A DNA stretch of 54,187 nt from Calditrichaceae bacterium (GTDB lineage Bacteria > Calditrichota > Calditrichia > Calditrichales > JBFXGD01): positions 1-54,187 of the forward strand of contig JBFXGD010000004.1 in NCBI GenBank assembly GCA_050178385.1, in the 5' to 3' direction. Below, one piece after another: positions 18,088 through 29,041 of the stretch (positions are counted from its first letter, which is position 1; each line of letters opens with the position of its first letter). Made by a program: the position numbers and the translations under genes. The notes beneath the pieces are model-generated. The model saw only the letters and a list, made by a program, of their open reading frames with translations. It did not search any database and was not told where the DNA came from.

Positions 18088-20001
18088 CTATTGTTCAAGT
18101 GTACTCAAATCACCTTCATCCTGACCAAGGGCGCGGGCTTTCAGAACCCTGCGCATAATTTTGCCGCTTCTGGTTTTTGGGAGTGTCTCAACAAAATGAA
18201 CCGTTTCCGGTTTTGCGATCGGCCCGATTTCACGACTAACATGTTCTTTTAGTTCATTTTCCAGCGCCTTACTTCCTGTAAGCCCGGCTCTCAGGATCAC
18301 AAATGTATGAATCGCGTTACCTTTAAGTTCGTGAGGCAGAGCAATTGCGGCTGCTTCAGAAACGGCGGAATGGCTAACCAGCGCGCTTTCAATCTCGGCT
18401 GTGCCAAGCCTGTATCCGCTCACTTTTATGACATCGTCGATGCGGCCGATAATCCATAGATATCCGTCTTTGTCAATTCTGGCCGAGTCCCCGGCTTTAT
18501 ACCAGCCCTGTTTTTTATAATCCTTCCAGTAGGTTTCAACATAACGCTCGGGATCGCGGTAGATCGTCCTTGCCATACCCGGCCACGGGGATTTGATCAC
18601 AAGCTTTCCTTCCTCACCGGGTTTAACTTCTTTTCCTTTTTCATCCACGACTCCCACTTCATTTCCGAAAAAAGGACGTGTGGCCGAGCCCGGCTTCAGC
18701 GGCATTACCGGAATAGGAGTAATCATAAAGCCGCCAGTTTCGGTTTGCCACCAGGTATCCATAATCGGACATTTTTCCCGGCCGATTACGCGGTGATACC
18801 ATAGCCATGCTTCGGGGTTTATGGGTTCGCCAACCGAACCGAGAAGTCTCAGTGTGGATAAATCGTGCCTTTCCGGCCAGGCGTCACCAAAACGCATGAG
18901 TCCCCTGATAGCTGTGGGCGAAGTGTACAAAATTGTGATCCCGTATTTTTCAACCATCTGCCACCACCGGTTTGGATAGGGATGATTTGGAGCACCTTCG
19001 TACATCATGATTGTGGCGCCATTTATCAGCGGCCCGTAAACAATATAGCTATGACCTGTGATCCAGCCGGGATCGGCAGCGCACCACCAACGGTCATCAT
19101 CCTTAATGTCAAACACATAATGAAGAGTTGAAGCAGTGTAAACGCTGTAACCTCCATGTGTATGGACAACTCCTTTTGGTCTGCCTGTGGTCCCGGATGT
19201 ATACAGAATAAACAGCATATCTTCAGAATCCATGACTTCTGTTTCACATTTCGGGCTTGCAATCGGAAGCGTCATCAGGTCATGCCACCAGAAGTCGCGG
19301 TCATTTTCCATATAAACATCTTCACCGGTTCGTTTTACAGTGATACATACTTCAATAGTCGGAGATCTTTTAATCGCTTCATTCGCGATTTCCTTTAACT
19401 TGGTTGGCTGCCCTCTGCGGTAGCCCCCGTCTGCGGTAACCAGGACGCGGCTTCGGGCGTCTTCGATACGTTCGGCTAGCGCTTCCACGCTAAACCCGCC
19501 GTAAACGACACTATGAGCGGCACCGATCTTAGCGCAGGCCAGCATGGCGAAGGCCAGTTCGGGTATCTGAGGCATATATATGGTCACGATGTCGCCTTTT
19601 CTGACACCCATACTTTTCAGTACATTGGCAAATTTCGAAACTTCCCTGTTCAGCGCGTGATAAGAATACGTGTGAACGTCACCCGGTTCTCCTTCCCAAA
19701 TAAGCGCCAGTTTATTTCTTCGCCAATTTTTTAGATGGCGATCAATCGCGTTATGAATAATGTTTGTCTTGCCACCTGTAAACCATTTATAGAACGGCTT
19801 TTCGGAATCATCCAGCACCTTATTCCATTTTTCATACCAGCCGAGCTTTTCGGCTTCTTCAGCCCAAAAACCTTCCCGGTCTTCTATGGAACGTTTGTAA
19901 ATGGATTCATAGTCTTTGATGTGTGCTTGTTCTATTACTTCCGAAGAGGGGTGAAAAAATCCATCGTTTGAGTTGTTTTTACTTTTCTGGTCATTGCTCA
20001 T
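18088..20001 (-). CDS. acs: Acetate--CoA ligase (AMP-forming acetyl-CoA synthetase)
   Basis: YTSGTTGRPKG, GSVGEPINP, DTWWQTETG, LPKTRSGKIMRR. Confidence 0.97.
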   Translation of the reverse strand: MSNDQKSKNNSNDGFFHPSSEVIEQAHIKDYESIYKRSIEDREGFWAEEAEKLGWYEKWNKVLDDSEKPFYKWFTGGKTNIIHNAIDRHLKNWRRNKLALIWEGEPGDVHTYSYHALNREVSKFANVLKSMGVRKGDIVTIYMPQIPELAFAMLACAKIGAAHSVVYGGFSVEALAERIEDARSRVLVTADGGYRRGQPTKLKEIANEAIKRSPTIEVCITVKRTGEDVYMENDRDFWWHDLMTLPIASPKCETEVMDSEDMLFILYTSGTTGRPKGVVHTHGGYSVYTASTLHYVFDIKDDDRWWCAADPGWITGHSYIVYGPLINGATIMMYEGAPNHPYPNRWWQMVEKYGITILYTSPTAIRGLMRFGDAWPERHDLSTLRLLGSVGEPINPEAWLWYHRVIGREKCPIMDTWWQTETGGFMITPIPVMPLKPGSATRPFFGNEVGVVDEKGKEVKPGEEGKLVIKSPWPGMARTIYRDPERYVETYWKDYKKQGWYKAGDSARIDKDGYLWIIGRIDDVIKVSGYRLGTAEIESALVSHSAVSEAAAIALPHELKGNAIHTFVILRAGLTGSKALENELKEHVSREIGPIAKPETVHFVETLPKTRSGKIMRRVLKARALGQDEGDLSTLEQ

Positions 20002-20329
20002 ACAGACATCCTCCTTAATATAGTATATATGATCTTAGGCATGATATCTAAAAACAAAATCTTTGGAATTGCGGGATGTTCAATACAATCGAGTCAAGGC
20101 AGAAAAACATCTATATTTAGAATGAGATAGACAATGGAATATCGTCTGTCCTGCCCCACGAATCCTGTAATGATAAATTAGTATCATAACAAACAATTTG
20201 AGCGGTATGAATATTCCAGGCCAATCAGTGTGTCGTGTGAATGTAATACTAATGCATTTGTATATATAAGATACCGCTATCCATGTTTTCAATATGCACA
20301 AATGACAACAAGTTCTTTTTCTGGCATTA

Positions 20330-21754
20330 TCAATAAAAGATAAATTTCAATATGTAGAAGAATAAAATTGCTCCAAACGCTCCGATGGGAATTGTGATTA
20401 TCCAGGAAAGAATAATATCACGGATAGATCTCATGTTCAGCGCACCGATGCCGCGCGCCAGGCCGACTCCCAGAATAGCGCCCACGAGAGCGTGTGTGGT
20501 TGATATGGGTAAACCTAATTTTGATGCGAATACAATAGTGATTGCAGCGCCGAATTCGGCTGAAAATCCTCTTGTCGGAGTTAGTTCAGTAATTTTTTTA
20601 CCGATGGTTTCTATTACACGCCACCCCCAGGTGGCCAAACCAACAACTATACCAACACCGCCAAGCAATAGCACCCATGTAGGTACAGCAGACTGGGCAC
20701 CTATTGATCCTTGCATTAGCACATTGATTACAGCGCTTAGGGGACCGACAGCATTGGCCACATCGTTCGCGCCATGCGCAAACGCGACAAAGGCCGCGCT
20801 CATGATCTGCAGATAAACAAAGATTTTTTCGACTGTCCGGTATTCTGCGCTTCCCCGCTCAATGGTTACACCTGTTTTAACCCGGTTTCTAACCACTCTT
20901 AAATCTGAGAGCAATTTTGCAAGCATCTCACTTATATCACCGCTTGAATCCAGTTTTGCCGCCTGCAGAAACTTTGATGCTTTTTTTACATTTTCGGCAA
21001 CGGAAACGGGTTGAAATAGGCGGACACGATCCGGTTCAGGTGTTTGCTGAATACGTTTTACAAGAAGCAGACTTATAATAGACGCGACTAATCCCACTGC
21101 TGTGGCGATTAATAATGCCGAGCCAAGAGGAAGATCAAGGTTTAAATTTTTAAGGCCTTTAAAAACCAGGACAAGTGTCATAACAAATAAAACTAAAAAA
21201 ACGAGATATGGGGTAATTCTTTTTGCCGCTGCTACAGGATCGGCGTTATAATATATTTGTTTTCGAAGAATGCTAAAAATTATAAATGCGATTGTTCCGC
21301 TCAATACCGGAGATATTATCCAACTGCCGACAATCGACCCGACTTTCTGCCAGTGGATGGCCTCAACCCCACCGATCAAAATTCCAAAACCGATTATTGA
21401 TCCGACAATGGAATGTGTCGTTGAGACCGGCCAGCCGAAGTAGGATGCTACCTGAAGCCAGATGGCAGCGGACAGGAGGGCGGCCAGCATACCATAAACA
21501 AAGAATACCGGATTTGAAGAAAAAATTTCCGGTGAAACAATTCCTTTCTGTACCGTTTCTGAGACATGGGAACCAACAAAAAAAGCCCCCGAAAATTCCA
21601 TGATAGCAGCAAGAATGACAGCTCTTTTTATTGTCAGAGCCTTGGAGCCAACAGAGGTACCCATTGCATTGGCAACATCATTGGCACCGATTGACCAGGC
21701 CATGTAAAAACCAAAAATAATCGCAAGTACAAAAAGTATTGAACCAAATTCCAT
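20330..21754 (-). CDS. Inorganic phosphate transporter, PiT family
   Basis: Two GANDVANA motifs, PVSTTH and PISTTH. Confidence 0.95.
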   Translation of the reverse strand: MEFGSILFVLAIIFGFYMAWSIGANDVANAMGTSVGSKALTIKRAVILAAIMEFSGAFFVGSHVSETVQKGIVSPEIFSSNPVFFVYGMLAALLSAAIWLQVASYFGWPVSTTHSIVGSIIGFGILIGGVEAIHWQKVGSIVGSWIISPVLSGTIAFIIFSILRKQIYYNADPVAAAKRITPYLVFLVLFVMTLVLVFKGLKNLNLDLPLGSALLIATAVGLVASIISLLLVKRIQQTPEPDRVRLFQPVSVAENVKKASKFLQAAKLDSSGDISEMLAKLLSDLRVVRNRVKTGVTIERGSAEYRTVEKIFVYLQIMSAAFVAFAHGANDVANAVGPLSAVINVLMQGSIGAQSAVPTWVLLLGGVGIVVGLATWGWRVIETIGKKITELTPTRGFSAEFGAAITIVFASKLGLPISTTHALVGAILGVGLARGIGALNMRSIRDIILSWIITIPIGAFGAILFFYILKFIFY

Positions 21755-21790
21755 TTATTCTCCAGGGGGCGTTCGCATACAATTAAAGAT

Positions 21791-22465
21791 TTACTTTATT
21801 TCCAGAATCATTCGCACTCTGTTTGCCAGTTTTTCCGCCGAATTTGACAGGCGGGCCAGTGTCCTGAGAATACCCATCCATAAAATAAATTCACCATGAG
21901 TAAACTCGTGCTCGTTTGCGAATAGGGACTGCAGTAATTTTTGCTGAACCAAATCCGCTTCATGTTCCGCATAAGCTACCTGCTCGACAAGCTGCATAAC
22001 CCGTTCCGCTTCTTTACCTCCAAATGATGATTGAATGAGTTCATCCATTTCCTGCATGACTTTGGATGCTTTGTCAATCGTCTCAAGATTCTTGTCCAGG
22101 AATGCCCAAAAGTGCTTATCCATAAACTTCGGGATTTTGCATTCCTTGTATGTCAGGAGCATACCGATATCTTCACACGTATCGGCAAGTGAATCCTGAA
22201 TACCCAGCATTTCCAGGATATCATTCCTGTCAACCGGCATAAAAAGTCCCTGTCGCAAGCTATTTCTGATGTCATTCTTTATTAAATCGGCAGAATGCTC
22301 GAGTCGCGAGATTTCTTTTGCAAGAGGCTGAATTTTTTCCTGTTCACCTTTTTTGACGGCCTCAAAAAGTTCAGGTACTTTAACGACACATTCCATTACT
22401 GTTGACATGTGAGCTTGTAAAGGTCCAAACGGGGAAGCTGCAAAAATTTTTGAAAATACACCCAT
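21791..22465 (-). CDS. DUF47/TIGR00153 PhoU-like phosphate transport regulator
   Basis: SPFGPLQAHM, LEHSADLIK, FMPVDR.D, EHEAD; directly upstream of PiT. Confidence 0.9.
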   Translation of the reverse strand: MGVFSKIFAASPFGPLQAHMSTVMECVVKVPELFEAVKKGEQEKIQPLAKEISRLEHSADLIKNDIRNSLRQGLFMPVDRNDILEMLGIQDSLADTCEDIGMLLTYKECKIPKFMDKHFWAFLDKNLETIDKASKVMQEMDELIQSSFGGKEAERVMQLVEQVAYAEHEADLVQQKLLQSLFANEHEFTHGEFILWMGILRTLARLSNSAEKLANRVRMILEIK

Positions 22466-22666
22466 TGATAGTCTCTCAGTTCTTTTATAATCCAAACAAA
22501 ATCATGACCATAATGATATTTTAATATTAATTGTAATCATACAAAATTCTGTCTTTTACATCAACAATTTTGATTCAAAAAATTTAGTGATACTTAAGAG
22601 TAGTTAATCACAGTAAAAACAATCTATTATATCTTATATTTTTTAAATTTTCTGATAATTAATGCT

Positions 22667-22696
22667 AAAAAAAAGGATCTCCGGGTGGAGATCCTT
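22667..22696 (-). terminator. Rho-independent terminator of the subtilase gene
   Basis: AAGGATCTCC-GGGT-GGAGATCCTT stem with an A run on the left (U tail on minus strand). Confidence 0.85.
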
Positions 22697-22715
22697 CTAA
22701 GGTTGAGGTTAAAGA

Positions 22716-23912
22716 CTATTTATGGGCAATAGGATCGGCATTGCCGTCCGGGTCACCGGTAACATAGCCGTCGGTTTTAAGATTGCCGTTTGTTACGAGA
22801 AGAAGCCCTGCAACATGAGGTGTAGCCATCGAAGTACCGCTTATGGTATTTGTACCGCCGTCTTTCCACAATGAGAGGATGCTTACTCCGGGGGCGGAAT
22901 AATCCACAGGTGGATTACCATAGTTTGAAAAATATGCGAATACATCGTTAATATCGAATGCAGAAACAGTATAAATATAAGGGCCATTGACCCGGGCAGG
23001 CGAATGATTGTTGGCATCCTCCGACTCGTTGCCTGCCGCCAGAGCAAAATAAATCCCGTTGTTGGAAGCATTAAGTACAGCCAGATCCAGGGCATCGGAA
23101 ATTCCTCCGCCAAGACTCATATTTGCAACATCACCGGCCGCGCCGGTTGCGGCAACATAATCAACACCGGCAATTACCCCAGTGGTGCTTCCGCTGCCTC
23201 TGCGGTCAAGTACTTTAACAGCCACAACGGTCGCTCCGGCCGCGACACCAACAACACCTTCTGTGTTGTCAATTGCTGCAATCGTTCCGGCAACGTGTGA
23301 GCCATGACCATTGTCGTCATCACCCGTTTCGGTTCTTGCTATAAAGGTAACACTTCTTGCTATATCAACATTTAAGTCCGGGTGTTCAAAATCCACACCG
23401 GTATCGATGATCCATGCCACTTTACCTGCTGAAGCAGTTGCTCCCCCAACACGGGTAATTCCCCATGGTATGGTTTGCGCTACCGGCGGTGCGGGTGGTT
23501 TTTTCTGAAAAATCGAGGGACCCAGAGTGATTACCCGGTCCTGTTCAATAAATGATACACGATTGTCATTTTTTAATTTTTCAATTTCTTCTTTTGATGC
23601 TTTGACTGAAAATCCGGTTATTGCCCGGCTGTAAATCGAGCCGATGGATGATTCATTAATTTTTGAATCATGCAAAATCGATTTTGCCGTTGTCTGTACC
23701 GCGGCGGTTGTTTTACCTAAACTTACCTGCTGCTGATCCAGCACAACAATGTAGCTCCCCTCAATCGGAGTACCGCTAACAGGTACATCCTGCGCCTGCA
23801 TCATTTCGGTTGAGGCCGAATCGGTTGGTGATGTGGAGCGTTCGCAACTAAACATCAGGGCGGTAACCAGAATGGAAACAATTAACCCGGTAAAAAGTAA
23901 TCCTTTTCTCAT
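22716..23912 (-). CDS. Subtilisin-like S8 serine peptidase with I9 propeptide, lipoprotein
   Basis: IIDTG (Asp), HGSHVAGTI (His), SGTSMATPHVAG (Ser); LMFSC lipobox. Confidence 0.95.
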   Translation of the reverse strand: MRKGLLFTGLIVSILVTALMFSCERSTSPTDSASTEMMQAQDVPVSGTPIEGSYIVVLDQQQVSLGKTTAAVQTTAKSILHDSKINESSIGSIYSRAITGFSVKASKEEIEKLKNDNRVSFIEQDRVITLGPSIFQKKPPAPPVAQTIPWGITRVGGATASAGKVAWIIDTGVDFEHPDLNVDIARSVTFIARTETGDDDNGHGSHVAGTIAAIDNTEGVVGVAAGATVVAVKVLDRRGSGSTTGVIAGVDYVAATGAAGDVANMSLGGGISDALDLAVLNASNNGIYFALAAGNESEDANNHSPARVNGPYIYTVSAFDINDVFAYFSNYGNPPVDYSAPGVSILSLWKDGGTNTISGTSMATPHVAGLLLVTNGNLKTDGYVTGDPDGNADPIAHK

Positions 23913-24205
23913 CCGTCATCTCTCCTTGCAAATTAGTTGGACATAATAATTGTTTTGCGGAAAGGACTCCGCATTAATTAAAATCCAGATGGCCTGGATA
24001 TGTAGAATGAATATGCAAATATATTAGATAATATGCAGAATGCAAGTGCTTTTACGCACAAAAATCGCAGTAAGGAATGATATTTATTCAACAATGTATA
24101 TTTTTTAAGAAATTATATTCATTTTTTTGTAGGTAAGTAATTGTAATTGCTGAACCTTTCCCGATTACCCCGTTTTGCCTCTTCGAATAAAAAAAAATTA
24201 AAAAA

Positions 24206-25780
24206 TTATTTGGGATATCCGGTAATCTCACGAATGCGTTCATACAAAGGCTTAAGGTTACCGTACATTTTTTTATAAACATCCTTATAAAGGTCATCGT
24301 AAAGCTTATGTGTTTTCAGATTTGGCTCAAAGACATCGCCAACTCGTGTCATTGCCTTAACCGCGTCATCAAAATTATTATGCAGACCCAGACCAACAGC
24401 GACTTCTATGGCCGCTCCCAGACCGGATGTCTCATACAAATGGGGTCGTGCTGTAGGAAGTCCGAAAATATCAGCGGTGACCTGCATCGCGTTTCTGCTT
24501 TGTGACCCTCCTCCCGAAACACGCAGCGATTCGATGGGGATATGCGTACGATTTTCGATTCTTTCTTTTCCTTCACGCAGCGCGTAGGCTAATCCTTCCA
24601 GGATAGCTTTGAATAAATGAGCGCGGGTATGAATGTCGCCAAATCCAATGACAGCACCCTTTGCTTCGGGTCCGGGAAGTTTAATGCCAGGCGTCCAGTA
24701 AGGTTGAAGGATCAAGCCCATGGAGCCGGCCGGAATGTCGTCGATGAGTTTGTCAAACAGCGCTTCGGCTTCGATTCCCCGTATCTCCGCTTCCTGTTTT
24801 TCAGGATAACCAAATTCTTCCTTAAACCAGCTGACCATCCAAAAGCCTCTGTAAATTTGAACTTCAATGGAATGAAAATCTCTGACCGCGGAAGGGTAGG
24901 GAGGAAGAAGAGGAATAGCCTCAATATATTTTTTATGGGTAACATTAATAGTAGCAGTTGTTCCGTAACTCAGACAGCCGATGGATGGTTCCAGGCTACC
25001 GGAACCGATGACTTCACAAGCCTTATCAGCCGCCGCGGCAATAAGGGGCAGACCGGCCGGAATACCTGTTTCCGTTGATGCCTCAGTCGTAATTTCCCCC
25101 AGTATTTTACCGGGCTCAATAAGATCGGGTAGCTGATTCCGCTCAACTGGAATTCCTTTCCATTTCCAGTCCCAGCTCGAAGCCCAGCGCAAATTTTTAT
25201 AATCGAATGGGATGTAACCGACCTGGCAGCCTATGGAGTCCACAAATTTACCGATCAACCGGTGGGTAAGGTAGCCGGACAACAGCAGGTATTTATCTGT
25301 TTGTTTCCAGATATCAGGCTGCTCCAGTCGAATCCAGTTTGCCTCAGCTTCTTCCTGAAAATATGAAATTGTTCCACTGAGCCGGAGCAGCTTAAACAAA
25401 GCGCCCCACCATCCTCCGAGCGGAGGCTGTCCGTATGCTTTTCTCTGATCAAGCCAAAGAATCGCCGGCCGCAGCGGTTTTCCGGTTTTATCAAGATTGA
25501 TAACCGTTCCCCGCTGAGTGGTAAGCGCCACGCCCGCGAGCCGTTCTTTATAGGCGTGATTTGTTTCCCAGAGACCCTGGCAAGCTTGACACAGAGTTTT
25601 CCAAAAGACTTCAGGATCCTGCTCCGCCCAGCCCGGGTTGGCTGAAAAATATGGTTTGAATGGAACCTGATTGATGGCGAGCAAATCACCTTTTAAATCG
25701 AAAATCATGGCTTTGAGGCTCTGTGTGCCGTTATCGATGGAAAGCAAAAGGTCTTTTGTAGGCATAATTTTTCCGCTCAT
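24206..25780 (-). CDS. FGGY-family carbohydrate kinase
   Basis: [37 protein letters not shown]; start uncertain (25804/25780/25765). Confidence 0.92.
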   Translation of the reverse strand: MSGKIMPTKDLLLSIDNGTQSLKAMIFDLKGDLLAINQVPFKPYFSANPGWAEQDPEVFWKTLCQACQGLWETNHAYKERLAGVALTTQRGTVINLDKTGKPLRPAILWLDQRKAYGQPPLGGWWGALFKLLRLSGTISYFQEEAEANWIRLEQPDIWKQTDKYLLLSGYLTHRLIGKFVDSIGCQVGYIPFDYKNLRWASSWDWKWKGIPVERNQLPDLIEPGKILGEITTEASTETGIPAGLPLIAAAADKACEVIGSGSLEPSIGCLSYGTTATINVTHKKYIEAIPLLPPYPSAVRDFHSIEVQIYRGFWMVSWFKEEFGYPEKQEAEIRGIEAEALFDKLIDDIPAGSMGLILQPYWTPGIKLPGPEAKGAVIGFGDIHTRAHLFKAILEGLAYALREGKERIENRTHIPIESLRVSGGGSQSRNAMQVTADIFGLPTARPHLYETSGLGAAIEVAVGLGLHNNFDDAVKAMTRVGDVFEPNLKTHKLYDDLYKDVYKKMYGNLKPLYERIREITGYPK

Positions 25781-25871
25781 TTGTGGAGTATGGTCTGATT
25801 GCAACTCTGAATACTATATCGGCTATCTGTAAATTACGCGGATGCTTGAGCTGAATCAAGCGGTTGCGATT

Positions 25872-27428
25872 CTATTTTACCGGAACTTTGTGTTTTAAAT
25901 TCCAATGCTCAAGATAATGATTTTTTTCGTCTTCCCATCTGCTGCCGTCCCAAGACAATACAGGTTGACAGATTTTCTGAATCTGACTGAGATATGCTTT
26001 ACCACCCTCCGGCAATAGCAGGCCGATTCGTGTCCGACGCAGCAGAAGATCTGTAAGGTGCCGAATGTGTTCATATCTCGCCGCATAGGGCAGTTCTGCC
26101 CATATCGTATTGGTGCCGGGGATGACTTTAAGATCTCTTTTGTCTGAATTTTCGATGAGCGCCTCAGCCTTCAATCCGTATCTTCCATAAAGCCGGCGGA
26201 TGATGTTTGCGTCCAGATTGCCGACAATATCTTTTTTAACCGGGGCCGGTTGAAATACAGGTTCGTTTTTAACAGGTGCGGTTCCTTGCGGTAGATATGG
26301 AAGTGCTGCTTTCAACGCGTCCCAGGCAAGCCGGTGGAAAGTCGTGAGTTTGCCTCCGGTTACCGTAATAAGTCCTTTATTTACCCACACCACATGTTCA
26401 CGGGTCTCTTTAGATGGCGGTAAATTCCCTTCGCTCAGAACCGGGCGAACACCGGCGTATGATGAGAGACAATCTTTCAACGAAACATCAAGAGCAGGGA
26501 ACAGATACGTCAGGCCTTCCATCAGATATTCTACCTCTTCCGTGGTGATCACCGGCTCAAATGACAAGGGTTCCTTAAAATCAACATCCGTTGTGCCGAT
26601 AAAAACGGCGCCTTCCCACGGGATTACAAACAAAGGTCTCTTATCGGCAGGATGGAAAAAGCTGATGGCCTGAGGGAGCGGAAGCGCCCATGCCGGAAAT
26701 ATGAGATGGCTTCCGCGCAGCGGTCGCAAATGAAGCCCTTTTACCGGTGAGGGATGAAAAGTTTCAGCCCAGCTTCCGGTCGCGTTAATAACCAGGTGTG
26801 ATGAGAAATTTCGAATTTCATCTGTTTCACTGTCTTTAACAGCGACTCCGGTTACTTCATTTCTTTTGTTTTTAAGAATTTTGGAAACCTTGCTGTAGTT
26901 TCTCGCGACCCCGCCTGATTCCATACCTTCGTTGATTAGCCGGAGTACCAGCCGCGCGTCATCCACCTGCGCGTCAAGAAAACGGAATCCCCCTTTCAGT
27001 CCTTTTTTACTGACATGAGGCGCTATCAGCGAAAATTCAGCCCGGCCGAAGTACTCATGTTGTTTCTCCTTTGCCAGAATATCATAGATGGAAAGTCCGG
27101 TTTCAAGCATAATTTTATCCGCCGGATGATCATTATAAACCGGGAGCAAAAAGGGAAGTGACTCAACAAGCCCCGGCGCTTCATGAAGAAGACGCTGACG
27201 TTCTCTGACAGATGTCCGGGTGAGTAGAAAACGTCCCTGCTTAAGATACCGCAGACCTCCGTGAATCAGTTTTGACGATCTGCTGGATGTTCCCCAGGCG
27301 AAATCTTGCTGTTCAAAAAGCAGAACACGGAGACCCATCCGTACCGCTTCCCTGAATATTCCGGCTCCGGTGATGCCCCCGCCGATAACAATCAGATCCC
27401 AATTTTCGGGAAGATCATTTAATTTCAT
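25872..27428 (-). CDS. FAD-dependent glycerol-3-phosphate dehydrogenase/oxidase (GlpD-like)
   Basis: IGGGITG, GTSSRSSKLIHGGLRYL, DDARL, AGVRP, GGKLTT. Confidence 0.93.
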   Translation of the reverse strand: MKLNDLPENWDLIVIGGGITGAGIFREAVRMGLRVLLFEQQDFAWGTSSRSSKLIHGGLRYLKQGRFLLTRTSVRERQRLLHEAPGLVESLPFLLPVYNDHPADKIMLETGLSIYDILAKEKQHEYFGRAEFSLIAPHVSKKGLKGGFRFLDAQVDDARLVLRLINEGMESGGVARNYSKVSKILKNKRNEVTGVAVKDSETDEIRNFSSHLVINATGSWAETFHPSPVKGLHLRPLRGSHLIFPAWALPLPQAISFFHPADKRPLFVIPWEGAVFIGTTDVDFKEPLSFEPVITTEEVEYLMEGLTYLFPALDVSLKDCLSSYAGVRPVLSEGNLPPSKETREHVVWVNKGLITVTGGKLTTFHRLAWDALKAALPYLPQGTAPVKNEPVFQPAPVKKDIVGNLDANIIRRLYGRYGLKAEALIENSDKRDLKVIPGTNTIWAELPYAARYEHIRHLTDLLLRRTRIGLLLPEGGKAYLSQIQKICQPVLSWDGSRWEDEKNHYLEHWNLKHKVPVK

Positions 27429-29041
27429 TTGTCTCCAGCCTTATTGATAATATTTCCGGGACTCATCCTGTTTTCCGGATCGATTTCTTCGAAAATATGC
27501 TTAATCATTCCCAGCCCTAACACCCCTTTTTCCGCTTTGATGTATGGGGCATGATCCTTGCCGACGCCATGTTGATGACTGATGGTTCCACCGGCTTCAA
27601 TAATGGCATTGCTGGCCGCTTCTTTTATTGCTTTCCAGCGATTAAGATTCTCCCGGGGGGAATCAGTGATTCTGAAAACAAACTGAGTGTAAATGCTCGT
27701 TCCTGTGGGATAAACATGCGACAAATGGCTAAAAACGTGGATTTTTTCATCCATCGGTAGCAGTGCGGATTTGATAGCGAATTCGATGGATTCCATGGCC
27801 GGATTTACCTTATCCCATGTCACAGCTGTTTCGAGAGTATCGACCGCATAACCCTCATCCCAGAGCGTATTCCTAAGATATGGAGTTCTGAAGCGGTTTT
27901 TTTTCCATGAATTACCCATGGAACGGCCCACAGATATTCCTCCGTGGCTTCGAATAATTCCAAATGCCTCTTTTTTTGCGGATTTTACAATCCGGTCCGT
28001 TCCGGTAAAGCCAATGAGACACATGCATGCTTTATCAATTTTTAATCCGCGAATTCTTAGATATTTCTTCAGTAAAGATATCTCTGTCTCATGACCGGAG
28101 ATGAGCGCAAGGCTTGTCATTGTTTCGGCAGCCGTGCTTAAACGAAGCATGGAATAGGGGATTTTGGAGTTGGAGATATTGCGCGCGGCCTCAGTCGCCT
28201 GATCCCAAGAGGAAAAAAACACCCCGTAAACGATGTCATTTTCCGGTATCGGCGAGATCCGTAAAATGGCTTTACTGATGACGCCGAGCCTGCCTTCAGA
28301 GCCCATAATCATTTCCCTGAGATCCGGTCCGGCCGCGGAAGCGGGGAAAGGCGGGAGATACAGTTTCCCTTTAGGGGTAATGATTTCGCCGCCGGCGAAC
28401 AGTTGTTCGATGCGGCCAAAATGGCGCGATTGCTGCCCGCTGGAACGTGTCGCGATCCAGCCTCCAAGTGAAGAGTACTCAAATGACTGCGGATAGTGTC
28501 CGAGCGTAAAACCCTGCGCCCTTAATTGGGCTTCGATGTCGGGACCGGTTACACCCGCTTCAAACACCGCGAGATGACTCTGCTTATCAATGGAGATCAA
28601 CCGGTTCAGGCGCTTCATGGAGATACTCAAAACAGGACGGTTTTCCTGAGGTATCTGCAAATGTCCTACAACACTGGTTCCGCCTCCATAGGGAATGATG
28701 ACAATTCCGTTATCTGAAGCGAAGTCGATAATTTTTTCAAGTTCTTCTAATGATGAAGGATGCGCCACGCCATCAGGGAAGAGATGTAAAGTACCGCCGC
28801 GCAGAGAAATCCAGTCAGGCAGGCTTTGTCCGTGAGCATGCAGCAGTCGGTCCGCGGTATCAACTGAAATCAGCGGATGTTTTGGAAGCCGCGATTCAGG
28901 AACTTTATCCAGAAGATGCTCCATCGGTACATCCGGCACAGGCATGGAAGCACCGATCAATTCTGTTAGCATTTCCCGCGCTTTTTTTGAGATTTCCATA
29001 GTAATTGAGGGGTCACCCCAGCCGTTCCAACGCTGCATCAT
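27425..29041 (-). CDS. FAD-binding oxidoreductase, alkyl-dihydroxyacetone phosphate synthase-like
   Basis: RWNGWG, PYGGGTSV, GHYPQSFEYSSLGGWIATRSSGQ, HLSHVY, TISHQHGVG. Confidence 0.88.
   Translation of the reverse strand: MMQRWNGWGDPSITMEISKKAREMLTELIGASMPVPDVPMEHLLDKVPESRLPKHPLISVDTADRLLHAHGQSLPDWISLRGGTLHLFPDGVAHPSSLEELEKIIDFASDNGIVIIPYGGGTSVVGHLQIPQENRPVLSISMKRLNRLISIDKQSHLAVFEAGVTGPDIEAQLRAQGFTLGHYPQSFEYSSLGGWIATRSSGQQSRHFGRIEQLFAGGEIITPKGKLYLPPFPASAAGPDLREMIMGSEGRLGVISKAILRISPIPENDIVYGVFFSSWDQATEAARNISNSKIPYSMLRLSTAAETMTSLALISGHETEISLLKKYLRIRGLKIDKACMCLIGFTGTDRIVKSAKKEAFGIIRSHGGISVGRSMGNSWKKNRFRTPYLRNTLWDEGYAVDTLETAVTWDKVNPAMESIEFAIKSALLPMDEKIHVFSHLSHVYPTGTSIYTQFVFRITDSPRENLNRWKAIKEAASNAIIEAGGTISHQHGVGKDHAPYIKAEKGVLGLGMIKHIFEEIDPENRMSPGNIINKAGDK

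Noticed and set aside
20080-20301. 73-aa intergenic ORF between acs and PiT
   Set aside because: No RBS or motif; composition fits a chance ORF in AT-rich promoter DNA
22496-22660. Pho box upstream of the DUF47-PiT pair
   Set aside because: No convincing 11-bp-period direct repeat
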